The notes: generated by a model not told the origin, from the sequence alone. A stretch of 53,921 nucleotides of DNA, filler included, from Sluysia triapertura (GCA_046118255.1; 4 parts of 4 records of this genome joined end to end with filler, not necessarily neighbours in it), one strand, 5' to 3'; positions 35,900-49,299 are shown, numbered from the whole stretch's first letter. A program made the numbers and translations.

Positions 35900-36528
35900 T
35901 ACACTTCAAGTGAATTAATTTTAAATGTTAGCATAGACCTTAATGTTTTACATGAAATAATGTTTCTGGCTGAAGATATGTTAAGTTGTAAATGTTTACG
36001 ATACTTTTTGAATGCTGATTAATGTTTTTGGGTGAAGGTAACGTTTTACTATTAGAATTTAATGGAATGAGATCATGAATTTATGATGTTTGATTTAGTT
36101 TGGGGATGTATGTTGATTAATTTCGAATGGGATTGTGAGTGAATTATTTGAGTTAAAAGAATGCAAAATAAAATATTTTTAATGAATTTTTAATGTAATT
36201 TAATGGTTTAAGACGTTATTGTGGTTTGGATGTTATAAGGTATCAAATAAATAATTTTGATGAATTGCTTGAAATGAATTGGTGGTATTTTTTACTATGA
36301 GATTGTAGGTTTGAAATATTTTGAAAAGTGAAAATTTATATTGATGGATCTGAAGCGAAATGAGATATAAAAGCGATTGAGATGAATTTTACGGGATTGT
36401 TATATATTATTAAAGAACATGATTTTAGATATGATGGATTAGTTTTAAATGGATTTAAAATGTGTAATGCATATTTGAAAGTTAGAATTTTTGTGAAATT
36501 TATTAAGATTAGTGGGTTGGCCACCACA
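35900..36528 (-). repeat. Family A copy
   Basis: Terminus gggttggccaccaca at 36528, plus shared internal blocks. Confidence 0.75.
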
Positions 36529-39058
36529 TAAGAATAACTCAAACTCAAATTCAATCAAATTTAAATTGCATATCAAGTTAGGTTTTATTCACCAATATTG
36601 CTTGTATATAAGTTTAGGTTTGTTTTAACCTGCAAAATCTTATTGCTTTCAAATTTTAAAACCTGTGGATGAGCCATTAATTTCGTAAGTCTCGGATACT
36701 AGAGAACTTTTTTATTTTTTTATGATTGTAGGTTGTCTTTTTAAAAGCAAAACATAAAATATTTAAATGACCGAGCAAGCATCGGAATTCACACTATTTT
36801 TGATTGTTAACGTATTTATATTTATTTATGATAGAATAATTAAAGCATTTTGTAAAAAAGGAAATTGATTTTAGAAAGGTGCTCAGTCACTACAATGAAT
36901 TTGATTTTGATTTATGTATTCAATCTTATTACTAGTACTTTGTTACAAGTATATTAAGTAAAAACCTAACATAAAATTTATAAAATCATGAAATTAGAAT
37001 CGGTACGTTTATAAATACAATTATCTGTGATCTTTTGTAAATTTTTAATTATTGGTTTTAACAGATATGAGAAGAAATTAAGAAATTTTTTTTCTTCCTT
37101 GAAACAAATATTGTAAATTGAGACTTTAAGGGAATTTTGAAAATTAAATGCACAACGCACGATATCATGTATAACGATAATTTATATTAATATTTAATGT
37201 TTATTTGATATACTTTGAGTTTTGCTAGAAGTTTATATTTTTAAAAATTTACGAATGATTTTAATATGAAGTTGAGTAAAAGTCATAGATTGGCGAACGC
37301 AGATCGAACAAAGCTCGTAATATTTAAAGTAAATCTCTTTTTTTCAATACCCACTTTAAATAAAGTAAGAAACCATTAAAATATTTATTATTGTAATAAA
37401 ACATCTTTAAGAATTACTTTAATTAAATTTTTTATTACTTTTAATTAATATTAGACTTATGAACTTTCAAACTTATTTTATGTTTGCTAATTATAATGAC
37501 TCTTATCATTACTCGCGAACCTTAGGTACCTTTATTAAACCTTTAAATTTTACAATAGATGACTTTTAATTATTTAACCAATGTCAAATTATTTTAAAAC
37601 CATAAAATAAAAATTCTTTATCTGTGAAGTCATGATTCTAACTCCTTTCTGATGTTAAACATGCGAAAGCGAACAAAAATTTAAAATTTTCATTTAGTCT
37701 CAAAGAATTGACAGAAAACTAAATGTACTAAAATCGATTTATAGAAATTTAAATAGAGTTATATTTACTCATTTATAATTGATTCGGAAATATTTAGTGA
37801 TGTGTTAATTCGCTTATAAATATTCATTCCAAACTGATTTCCTTTTAGATTGATTTACTTGAAATGACCTTTACTAAATCAAATTATTTTTAGGATTACA
37901 ACTAATCTATTTAAAATTTTAGTAAGCATAAATACAACCAATGTTTCTGGGGTTAAATTAAATGCGGTTTTTATTTTACATATCATCTATTGTCTTTTAA
38001 ATATCAATATTTCATTATAATTTGTTACATTCATTGTTTTAAAATATTTCATTGGATTTATGTTAAGAATTTTTTTGCACTTCCAATTTTAACAACAGAA
38101 ACGAGTTAAAAGAAATCATTGTATAAAGACTTAAAAGTTATTTGACATTGTTAGAATAAAATATATCTAAAATTCGATTTGATTAAATATTTAAGAAAAA
38201 TGCAAAGTTAAAGTTTTAATAGCTGTTACTTATTGTTTTGCATTAGCAATAAAAATAAAGATTAAAAAAATATATTTTGAAACTTCATATTCGAAGTAAA
38301 TTAATTTTAAAGTTAACATTTTAATTTTTATAACTGTTAATATAAAATATCATTTTGATTAATCTAAAAATGTAAATCATTTTGTTACTTAACAAAATAC
38401 TAACAAAAATGCATAAAAAATTATGTAAGTCATTTTGAAAATTAACTTCATATTAAAAACATCAACGATATAAATATAAATGGTTTTAAACGAAAGTTTT
38501 AATACAACTAGTGATAAAATGATTGTTTCTCACCATTATTTAAATGAATATAATGATTGAATAGCAATATTATGAATGCATTTAGTATATGTTACAATAA
38601 TAATGCTAAATAATAATTGGTTGAATATTGTAGGAAGAAATTAATTATAGGAAAAAATCATTGTCCCTACTACCGTTAACTTCGAATACGTTTGCAGAGT
38701 ATATAGTTTTGGGAAATTATAAATTGAAAACGAGTGATTATTAGTTATGTGAGTAAAATTATATTTGTTTTCCATTAAAAATCATAATGGCCGAAGAGTT
38801 CATCATTTTTAAAATTTGAAATTCCGCTCAAATAAAAACAATAATAGGGAGAAAGTATATATATACTACAGGTATAACAATAAAAGACATTCTTACTTTG
38901 ATTTTATCGTTCGAGCAACAAGCAGTAAGCACTAAGGTTCTGATTTTCTTCGTGATCAATGTTACGAAAATGGGCACTACTGATATTCGGATGTTTATGG
39001 ACATGTACTTCATTATTAGTGTCTACAAGTAATGCGTCCGGATGTCAATGTATTAAGT

Positions 39059-39511
39059 TCACAAAACTTTATCATATTGCTTATTGGTATCAATTTGGTT
39101 ATCGGCATCTCTGGAAGTATCATCCTTAATTACTAAAACATTAAGTTCGTATACGACTTTGTCATGATGTTGATTAGCATAAACTGCATTATTAACATAT
39201 CTACAAATATCATGTTTTACTATAAAAGCATTAAGTTCATGTAAAATTTTATGATCACGTTTATTCACATATATTTCGTTATGGGACAATTTACAAGCAT
39301 CATCATTTAATAATAAAACATTGAGTTCGGGTTCATGTTTATCATCAGATTTATTCTTATATATCTCATTATTGGAATCACTGAAACTACCATCTTTTAA
39401 TATCAAAGGATTAATCTCAGATACAGCTTTATCGTCATGCCTGCTAACATATACTTTATTATTGGCTTTGTTGCAAGTATCATCTTGTAATATTAAAGCA
39501 TTAATTTCCAT
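39059..39511 (-). CDS. Unknown protein segment made of five 30-aa tandem repeats (possible exon or pseudogene)
   Basis: Consensus E(I/L)NxLx(L/I)xDDxCxxxxNx(I/V)YxNxxDDKxxx with a 90-bp period. A frameshifted sixth unit follows the stop. Confidence 0.6.
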   Translation of the reverse strand: MEINALILQDDTCNKANNKVYVSRHDDKAVSEINPLILKDGSFSDSNNEIYKNKSDDKHEPELNVLLLNDDACKLSHNEIYVNKRDHKILHELNAFIVKHDICRYVNNAVYANQHHDKVVYELNVLVIKDDTSRDADNQIDTNKQYDKVL

Positions 39512-40063
39512 TGATCTTTTAATTAAAATTTTTGTAGAGTTAATTAAATTTTTATATCAGCATTCACTATTATTGTAAGTGACGTTGCTAATATTATTGT
39601 AAGTTGTGTCTAAATTTATTCTGAGCTACAACTAATATTAGTAGTCTATAAATATAAATATAAACAATGCATGTGGTGTTTTAAAATTTTTATACTAGAA
39701 TCGAGTATGTTTTCGTGTTGCACATCCTTCCAATAAATATTAACTCCTATCGAATCTGCATTATCTGAAGTTTTGAATTCGCTGATTTGAATTGTTTGCA
39801 ATAATATGAACATCATTTGTATTAATTGATAATTTCGGAGTTTTATTTTATTTTGTCTGTGTTTACTGATCCTAATGTACCTTGATCATTAACGAATAAA
39901 ACCTTGACCAATCTCATAACCTACTTCATTGAGAAATTCTTTTCAAATCCATTAAAACAATTTTTTAATTACTAAAAGTAAATCTGTGTCAGATAATTTA
40001 ATATTTTGCAGAAATATTCGTATCTTCCAGCGATACATTTTGAGTGTTTTTGGCTATGGAAAT

Positions 40064-40648
40064 TGTGGTGGCCAACCTAATATCTTAAAATTTTAATTCA
40101 ACACTACACATAAAATTACACTTCATAATTAACTTCTTTTGAATTCTTTAAAATTCTCTATACTTTAAAACACTTTGAATTCACAATATCCCAACAATAA
40201 AATCATTCTCAGCACCTTAAATGATCAAATGTACATTTCAAAGTTTATTTAAAACATTTCAAGTTCACAACTGTTCATCACTCAATCATTAACATCAGTG
40301 AAAAACATTAATTTCACACCTTAAAATCATTTTTGTCAAAATAGAATTTCTTGAACATTTTTAGTTTAGATTACACTAATTCTTTTAAGAAATTCAATAA
40401 TAATTAAAACAAACAGTTTAAAAAGCTATTAAAGAAAAAAAAGAATTATTTTTCATAAACGAAAAAAAAAGAATAAAAGATTTTTATTTACAAGAATTAG
40501 AAAGGAAAAGAAACAGAATATAAGGAATTTACATAATTATTTTAATTTCCATTTAAAGAAGATTTTTATTTATGTCTTAAGACAAGAATAAAAAATTTGA
40601 GTATTTGTGTAATTATTTTTATAATTTTATTTTATGTTATTATTTCCA

Positions 40649-40699
<51 letters not shown>

Positions 40700-40863
40700 T
40701 ATTATTATCTTTATAACTATTAAACATGATTACTATTAAACCACTATTAAAATAGCAACCATGTACACAAACTGTCAAGTAGAACTGTATTGACAAATCT
40801 AATTTTTAACCGTCACCACTATATTAAATAGATCAACTGGAAAGTAACGTCCAAAGTACAACA
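40064..40863 (+). repeat. Family A copy, opposite orientation, with (ATT)n at ~40652-40708
   Basis: Starts TGTGGTGGCCAACC at 40064; C/A-skewed body. 3' boundary approximate. Confidence 0.72.
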
Positions 40864-41599
40864 AACTAAGGTGTTGGTAAATTTTTACTTTGATCGGGAT
40901 TAAGTTTTCGTTGTCGCATTTTTCTGTGTATAGTCATTTTAAAAGCCAAATGAGTATCATGAAGAGTTGTTGCTGTATTTTGAATCTTCTGATGTGGACA
41001 CAAAATTAATAAACAGAGTCTGCAATTATTGTAAGCATATTTTTCTCGAATATCTTGCATAATTATCAATCAATACTCTAAAAATAGTGTAATTATATGT
41101 CGGATCTTGACAATCTGAGCCAGGATCAGTGATATGTTTATCTATTTTCATATCGTTGTTGGTTAATCTCAACTCTGAATTAAGCTTTAATGTTGCATTT
41201 TCAATTAAGATTGGAATGAGGCGAAGTTATTATATAGGAGAAGTGAGTGCTAAAAAGAAAAAAATGTGACGTCAGTTAGAAAAGATAATAGAAGGTCCTG
41301 AGTTAAGAGTTTTAAGATTCTTAATTATTTTTTGATTTCTCAAATTGTGCATGAAATTATTAAAAAAGCAAAACTTACTTTTCATTATTCAAGAGTAACT
41401 TTATCATGAGATTATGACTTTTACTAAAAACACGAATAGCGTTTAGTTCATTTTCATGGATTTCAAAATCAAAAAACTTCAGATTTTTTAAACATATATA
41501 GCCTTAATCAATTAAAACACATAACTTTTATTGAAATTATAAACTGAATTTTTTATTAAATATAAAGTAAAACAAGGTCATGAAAAAAATGCAAAATTC

Positions 41600-42090
41600 T
41601 TATTTTGATGTTTGTCAAAAAAATTTTTCTACCCAATCAATATCTGAAATGTCACTGCCACGAGCCATAGATCTGTGCAAAACGAAATCGTTGATTCTGC
41701 AATTTATTCTTTAAGGGTTTTAATACTACTAGCTACGAGTTGGGCTATATCAAGAAGAATTTTTTTAGCCACAGTAGTTGCATAACTAAAGATTGTACGG
41801 AAAACTCGTTTGCGACTTTGAAACTGTCAGATAATTTTAGTATCGATTACGGTTATGGTTCAAATAGGACTTCTAAATGACTTCTATTGTATTCCGAAAT
41901 CCAAAATATTTCAAAGTGTATCCGTTTTCTAATACATTCCATGTCAGTATCATTTTCATGGTCCTGTTCCTTTTCCAGTGTCGAAATAACCTTCATGCTA
42001 GTGCTCTTTGTACTTTTTTGATATGCTGATTCATGGAAACTATCTGATTTATATTCCAACAACTATGACAACTGTTCATACTGAAACTCT
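41600..42090 (-). mobile_element. hAT-type transposase remnant
   Basis: 'LKE*IAESTISFCTDLWLVAVTF' resembles the hAT first-catalytic-Asp motif S.TTD.W...AVT.H. Decayed upstream coding sequence. Confidence 0.5.
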
Positions 42091-42678
42091 CATTTCTGTA
42101 CATGTAAGTATATAAGTAATAATTATATCGAAAATGATTCATAATGAAAATAAGGACTATGATGTTGATAAACTATAAGTATTGAAACAATTGATTATTC
42201 AAATTTAGTATAATTGACTTTGTCTCAGTATTTTGTCATTCGTTGTTTATTGTTCGTAGATTATATAGCGTGTAATGAAATAAGATGAAAACTGAATTTT
42301 TATATGTGAATTTTTTGTAATCTGTTATTTGTTAAGTTCGAATTATTTTGGATGTAACGAGATAGCACTACTTACAATGAATTTGTATAGGTGGGATCTC
42401 TTAAAAACCATCTCTTTCTGTAGATAAACCGCTACTACTCATGGAAACATGAATATTTGAATTTTTTAAGCATAATTTAGATATACATTTATATATCAGT
42501 TTAATGATTCTTTTTAACTTTATAAAGGTCACCCTACTATATCTTTATTTAAAAATTATCTTCAACTTAACTTTTCTCAAACTAAAGTTGTTTTTTCTGT
42601 TGTATTAAAATCACTCGTATAAGTCGCAGTAAAGATTAAAAAAACAACCTTTTTCTTAGACAAGTCACGGCTTATAAA

Positions 42679-42778
42679 NNNNNNNNNNNNNNNNNNNNNN
42701 NNNNNNNNNNNNNNNNNNNNNNTTAATTAATTAANNNNNNNNNNNNNNNNNNNNNNNNNNNNNNNNNNNNNNNNNNNN
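42679..42778. other. Assembly gap spacer
   Basis: N44-TTAATTAATTAA-N44. Confidence 0.98.
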
Positions 42779-43429
42779 CGATCTTCTGTTAGCATACTCG
42801 TTTTAGCTGATTTTCCATGCCTTACTGAAGTCTACGTTTGATCTGTAATATTTTCTAGATATTAACAAAGTATGATGGATTATATCATTTTCGAATTTGT
42901 CTATTAGATTTTGGTCTACACTATATTATTTATAGGTATTTCTAATTACTTTTGGTGCTTTTGAGGTTGGTAACAGTTTTTAAGTTATGAAATAAATATT
43001 CGTAGATATTTAGTTATTTTAGATATTGTAAAGTATGTACAATGTATATAAAGTATGATGTATGTATGTGAGACTAAAAACATCTAAACATATAATAATA
43101 ATGTAATATAATAATAGTATTAATGAAAAAATAATTGTACTAATGTTAATAATGTTATAGTAATAAAATAATGATAACAATAATGGTATTAATAATAATA
43201 ATAATTATTATTATTATAATTATAATGGCAGTAATAATAATAAAATTTTGTATAAAAATAATAAATTACTTAACATTTTAGGAAGTAAATAATTTATTGA
43301 ATATTTAAATAAAAAAGTTTTAATTTTAAAATTTTTATTAGTTATTCATAATAATGAGTACTAAAAATATTAATATTGTATTTCATTGTGTTGTGTTTTT
43401 ATATTTTTAAATTAACAACGATAATCATA

Positions 43430-44322
43430 TAGATCAATTAAAATGAGCCTGAATCTCAATATATTATAACTGTATCACGAATTATATCGCAAGAGAAATC
43501 AAATAATAATTAACTCAATATAAATCAATATAATTTTCATGACTATTAATTATACTTCACTGTAAATCAATCTCAAAATAATTCAGTAAAATATAAATTA
43601 ATTATAATATTCAATCTCAGGGGCATGCACAACATATATAAATTTTAGTGCCCAAATAACAATAAATAGAAAATAAAAACTCAAGACCCAATTAAACACA
43701 AATAAATTGGTTTAAAAATAAAATTTAGTCAGATTAATGTTTGCCACTACTGTATTAAATTAGCCCTCTCGTAACAAAAATAATAGCAAATGAAGCAATT
43801 TTTAGTGTTAAATGATAGCCTAATGTGGTTCTTTATATAGTGTTTAGATAATTGCTAGGAAATTTGGAATTAGACTTAATTATTGTGCTCATAGACAGCA
43901 GATGCTTATTTCTTAGAGTCGGTTTTATTAATTTTATTAATCAAAATTGAACGTAAACTTCCTTCAAATTTCCGTCTTAATATTATCTAACAGTTTTGCG
44001 GTATTCAATAATAACTTTATAAACATGTGAATTTCAATAAAGTATATAGAATGATCTGTTAATGTGCATTAATTTGATCTATGTTTTTACTACGTATGCT
44101 CGGTGTTCATAACACTGATAAATTTCATAATTGTATTTCATTATATTTGATACCGGCTCATATACAAACATCAACGCAAAGTTATTGAGTAAAAATGATT
44201 TGCAAACAAATTTTATTTAAATTAATTAATAAATTTACTTTTAAATTTTAGGAAAGTGTTGTTCCCTTTGCCTTCAAGCTGCGTCACACTAACATTCATT
44301 TTATTCTCTGACGATCCCAGCA
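43430..44322 (-). repeat. Family C, inverted copy
   Basis: Reverse complement starts TGCTGGGATCG. Shares 'agcacaataattaagtc.aattcc', 'tagataatattaagacggaaatt' and 'atcaaattaatgcacattaa' with 26996-27770. Confidence 0.8.
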
Positions 44323-46138
44323 TCATGAAAGGCTGATTCTTTTTCACAATCAACAAAAAAGTACAAGTTATAATTTTCAAGAGCTAAAAATTTACTGGTA
44401 CTTTTGTGATTTTTGGCACCCACTATTATTTGCACTTGTAAACATTACAGCAAATATGATTTAAGTTTGGGTCCAGCTGCGATCGACGATTTAGATCCTA
44501 CGGAAGACAAGGTCACATGATTTATTAGAAATTTTGTTACGAGTCTATGATTACAACTTGGAAATAAGTACGCAAGGATTCAACTTAAACAGATTCGTAA
44601 ATGAAATCGATGAATTTCGTTCTATTCAGATTTTTACTAAAATTTATTTAACATTCTTATGACTTTAATAAGTCTTTTACTATTTTAAATTATTCTAATG
44701 ATTGTTTAATTTAACATTTAATAAACCTTTCTTGATTTCACGTTTACTAAATAACTTGCTTTAAGGTTATATAAATATACCTCAATAGAAATTCAATAGA
44801 TATTTTAATTGTAGTGAACTCTAAATCTACACATCACAATCACAAACACATTTCATTACAAATCCACACTTCATTTTTTGTTGCTTAGTAAAGACTTATA
44901 ACAGTAATTTGTATTTGATTTTTTTGTAGTCATTAAATAATTGAATTGTTTATTTTATTTTAAAAACTTTGCGTTGAATAAATAACATCATCGAAATAAG
45001 GAAATTTGTGATAATTTTATATTGGATTTAGTGATTAATTATTGAGGTTTTGTTAAATAGATTAACCGAATTAATTTGCTATTATTATTGAGTATAAAGA
45101 CGGGATAATATCATAAACATATAAATAAACAAATAAACATTATAAAAGTTTCACAAATTCTCACAAATATATACATCGATCTTTATTTAGTTAATTAGAG
45201 GATCATTTAAAGATATTTAGAAATAAATAATATAGCAAAAGATAAGTATTATATATATGTACACTGTGGATATATACATATGTAGCAGCAACTTTGAAAA
45301 TGAAACGATTATCATTTAATTGTATAAGTATCCTCAGACTAAGATTGGTAGTAATTTATGTACATAGTTTTTAAAGCAGTATAGAAATTTAAAAAATCCT
45401 ACAACCACGTCTTCTTCGTAAATTGTTGATTATAGGTGAACCAGGAGAATTTATTATTTTGTAAAGTATTTTTAAAAATAGAAAACACTTTCAGGATATA
45501 TACCAGCATTGATTCTTGCATATGCCTTTGAAGTATTAAAATTTCTTTAAAAAGCCCAAAAGGAATCAATACAACTTATTAATTTATTATTAATTTAAAA
45601 TCCTTCAGGAGTGACTACTTTTTGGTCATAAAGAACTTGTTCTAGGTGAACACATTAAACTTCTATTTTGTGAGTGTAGGGAAATTACATCAAAATTACA
45701 AACACACTTCCTCACATAAAAACATTTCTTATATTAACAAAACACTAAATAAACTACTTGACTCATTCCAAAACAAACTTAGTCATAATTATGATGAGTT
45801 ACGGTTATTGTTAGCATAAATTCCGTTGTAATAATAATTATTATAATAATATCACAATAACATCAACATCATCATATTAAAATATATAATAATTCTATTA
45901 TTGTTATCATTATGATTTCTGTTATTTTCACAATTAATCTTCTTTTTATTCTTTTGTTGTATGAATTTGTATATATTTATATATGTGTAATTCTTATCAA
46001 TTTACTTTTGTGCTTAAATTCAACATTTTTCAGAGCTAATATTAAGTTATTATTAATCAAAAATATGAAATTTTTATGTTATGTAGATAAATCGTTTAAT
46101 TATTGTTTTACAATTTAATAAGCTCCTTTATATATTAA

Positions 46139-46410
46139 ACGGGAGATTATTATGAATCTTTGTCAGAAGATAGTATTTTTATTATTCATATGATCATAGG
46201 TGCTTCTGCTGGTGTTGTTGACCATTCTATTGTTTATCCTGTTGATTCTATTAAAACAGACTCAACGTATTCGTCCCGTTTTTAATTGAAAATAAATGGA
46301 ATTATAGATGGTCTCTATCCCTTTTTTAAAGAAGGTATAAAAAGACAACTAAAGGCTTTGATGCAGTAGCATTAGGTTCTGGACCAGCACATGCATTGTA
46401 CTTTGCCAGT
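46139..46410 (+). pseudogene. Mitoferrin (SLC25A37/SLC25A28-like mitochondrial iron carrier) N-terminal pseudogene fragment, not in ORF track
   Basis: GDYYESLSEDSIFIIHMIIGASAGVVDHSIVYPVDSIKT /fs/ ...KEGIKRQL /fs/ KGFDAVALGSGPAHALYFAS. Compare mitoferrin DYESLP...[24 protein letters not shown]...GAGPAHAMYFA. Intronless, frameshifted and truncated. Confidence 0.88.
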
Positions 46411-46460
46411 TCACTTTATTCTCCCACTTTTGGAAGATTTAATAATGTCCCCATGGATAT

Positions 46461-47084
46461 TCAGGTCTCATAGCTACTGCTCTTCCTACTATGTCTAGTA
46501 GAGTAAGTAACATGCGAATAATCATTATAGTTGGCTAATTCAACATTAATCTTTTCTGATTTGTTTATTTCATAAGTTGATTTACTAGGAGCCTTGTAAT
46601 CATAACAATTTGTTAGATCTTTGCATCGTTCTAAACTAATATATACTCTTCTATTTATTTGATAAGGTGAAGATTCATGGAATAACAACATTCTATTACT
46701 TAAATTTGAATTAAAGGGATACGATCTTTTTTTAAATTCAATTTCTTTAAATGTTAATAATAGGTCTGAACTACTAATTCTGTGGTATGATGTATCTTGA
46801 AATAATTGGTCTCTAATATAGACAGAATCTTTATTTGGTTTAGGAAATTTTAAATGTAATGGGTCTTTCAAATGATGTACAACAAATATTAAATCCAAAG
46901 TTTGTACAATTTCCCAGTTACGCTCTTCATTACTATCATAAAATCCATCGATTACGTTAAGGTACATGTCTTTGATAAATTTTTTACACTTGATTTCATT
47001 GAAATTTTTATTTTCACATCTACACATCATAAAATGACTTTCACGATAAACATGAAAAGAGGCAAAATTACTAAATTGCATCAA
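46461..47084 (-). CDS. Hypothetical 207-aa ORF, no recognised domain
   Basis: Unusually long open frame for this base composition. Lies directly downstream of a family-A-like repeat. Confidence 0.4.
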   Translation of the reverse strand: MMQFSNFASFHVYRESHFMMCRCENKNFNEIKCKKFIKDMYLNVIDGFYDSNEERNWEIVQTLDLIFVVHHLKDPLHLKFPKPNKDSVYIRDQLFQDTSYHRISSSDLLLTFKEIEFKKRSYPFNSNLSNRMLLFHESSPYQINRRVYISLERCKDLTNCYDYKAPSKSTYEINKSEKINVELANYNDYSHVTYSTRHSRKSSSYET

Positions 47085-47239
47085 GACTTAACAATTATTA
47101 TTTTTGGTTGTAATCAAATTGGTGTACTAAATTTTGTTTCTTTTAATTAATCTTTTTGAAATTTTTTCTAACGATTATTTTTATTATCACTGTGAATTTT
47201 TGAATAACAATTTTAATTTTTTAATTATCTTTTTAATTT

Positions 47240-48100
47240 TCCTTTGATTGCTTGTCCAACCAGAGATGTAAAAATTAATGCCGAAATTAACTCTGGTTGG
47301 ACAACCAGTTATACTCCTATTCACTTTTTCAATACACAATTAACCACTACCAATGATGACAGAAATTCGCAGGTAACAACTAAACGATGACACCATTGAT
47401 GGTGGCAATCATTGTATAGAATGTAATTTAGTCGAAAATTAATGGAATCAAAATAAAGCAATGATAATAATAATAGATAATAATGAAAATAAATGGTGAT
47501 AGTAATAATAATAACTAGAATTTTATTATTATTACTATTATTAATAAATTCATTTATTAATTTATTTTAAAGCTAAAAACACAATCTTGCTTTTAATTCC
47601 TTACTTTCTCTACATATAAAAGAAAATTAAATATCATAATAACAATAGCAACAAAGATATCGTCATTATTATTATTATTATTGTCATTATTATTATTATT
47701 ATAAATACATGAAGTCTTAATATTTCTTGAAACATGATCTTTCTTTGTACTCTTTAATGTTTCTGATCATATTTAAATTTATTTAAATCTAAAAATCTTT
47801 GAATGAAATTTGGTTTAAATTAGTTTTACATATATAGTTGATGTTTCAAGATGCGATTTTAGCTCTAATGCTGTACGGTAATGTGTAGGACGTTTGAAAT
47901 GAACTTTTTAATGCTGATTAATGTTTTTGACTGAGGGTAATGTTTGAATATTAGGAGATTGCGACCTAAAGATACATTGAAAAGAGTGTCGTTTAGTGAA
48001 TGTAAATAAATAATCAATAATTATGTTATGATGTAATAAATAAATTTGAAAATGGATGTGTGTAGAATCAAATATATTGATTAAATAATTTATATTCATT
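47240..48100 (-). repeat. Family A-like copy lacking the terminus
   Basis: 'aatgctgattaatgtttttg..tga.ggtaa.gttt' is shared with ~36010. CCAAT/GC-richer inner end and AAT-rich segment, as at 20580 and 31700. Confidence 0.55.
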
Positions 48101-48795
48101 TATTTCAATGTTATAATGTGTATTATCGATTAAATAATGTTATAAATTTCATTTATGTTCATTTATTTCAAAATTTTTGGAATTTAATAAATATTAATTA
48201 AAGTAAGATTTTCTTAAATTTTGAATTTTTAATTTTTAAAATAATTTTTATAGTGCTAATTTTTACTTTTGTAAAGGAACGTATTTATTTTTATAGTTTA
48301 TATAACTTGTTTTAATACGGAACATATTTTTATAATTTATTTTTAATTTGTTTCAATAATGACCTCAAGGTCATTTTTTGTAATATATAAGAGCCCTTAA
48401 AACGAACATAAAATTACACATAATCTTATACACAAAAATCTTACGAAAGAAATTCTTTTGAAAATAATTCGATCCGGTTGAACTGCATCCACTTCAAGAC
48501 ATTTAACAATTCGTTGTCGAAAAGCTAAGCTATCATTACAATTATCGTTAGTTTTATTAATAAACACTTTGAAATTTTTAAAACTGCCTACTTAAAATAT
48601 ACGAAATATTTAGTTCAGATTTTGCTACTACTTCAAAGTAGCGTATTATATTTCTCATTTAAAATTTTCTGATTAAAGATTATTTATTAAATAATCTTCT
48701 TAAATTATAGTGATATTATTATATATTGAATTGTATAAACTTTTTTCTTTTGCAATAAATTTATTATACTTTGAATTATTTATTATTAGCATTAC

Positions 48796-48987
48796 AGGTT
48801 CTAGTACGAACCTTATTAACATCAATTATTTGTTAAAGGTTCCATTTAGAACCTAATTAAAATCATTTTGTAATTGGGAAAGGTTCATTTTAGGAACCTC
48901 ATTAAAATCACTCCTTCAAAGATTCAATTGAAGAACCTAATTAAAATATTAATACTCCAGGTTCGAAGTAAGAACCTTATTAAAATC
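48796..48987. repeat. Array of five palindromic units AGGTTC-N6/7-GAACCT-NATTAAAATC separated by unique 10-16-bp spacers
   Basis: Units start at 48796, 48837, 48881, 48920 (AGATTC variant) and 48959. All loops and spacers differ. Confidence 0.9.
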
Positions 48988-49299
48988 TAATAAAATTTTG
49001 TATTGATAAGAAATTAAACATTACGAGTTCTTCCTAAAGAATATTATAATTACTAGAGCCTCCATATACTTCGTAAAAAGAATCTTTTGATATATACTGG
49101 CCCTAAAAGGTAAGCTCAGTATGTTGGTGAACTCACTCTAAGCTAGGCATTTTGTTTTATTCTATTTTTACCTTTCTCACATAAAGAAGATAAATTATAA
49201 TCTAATTTTTATAGTCTAATTGTACAATGTTGAAAATATGGTTTATTTTCTTGCTGTTTTTAAGTGATATTGTCCTTTTGTGATATTGGTGATAAAACA

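Noticed and set aside
46900-47150. Second DEAD-box remnant ('KFSTPI*LQ', 'YLNVIDG')
   Set aside because: Motifs I, Ia and Ib are not found; the similarity is too weak.
48796-48987. Calling the palindromic array a CRISPR
   Set aside because: Spacers are only 10-16 bp, the repeat centre is variable, the context is eukaryotic, and no cas genes or leader are visible.
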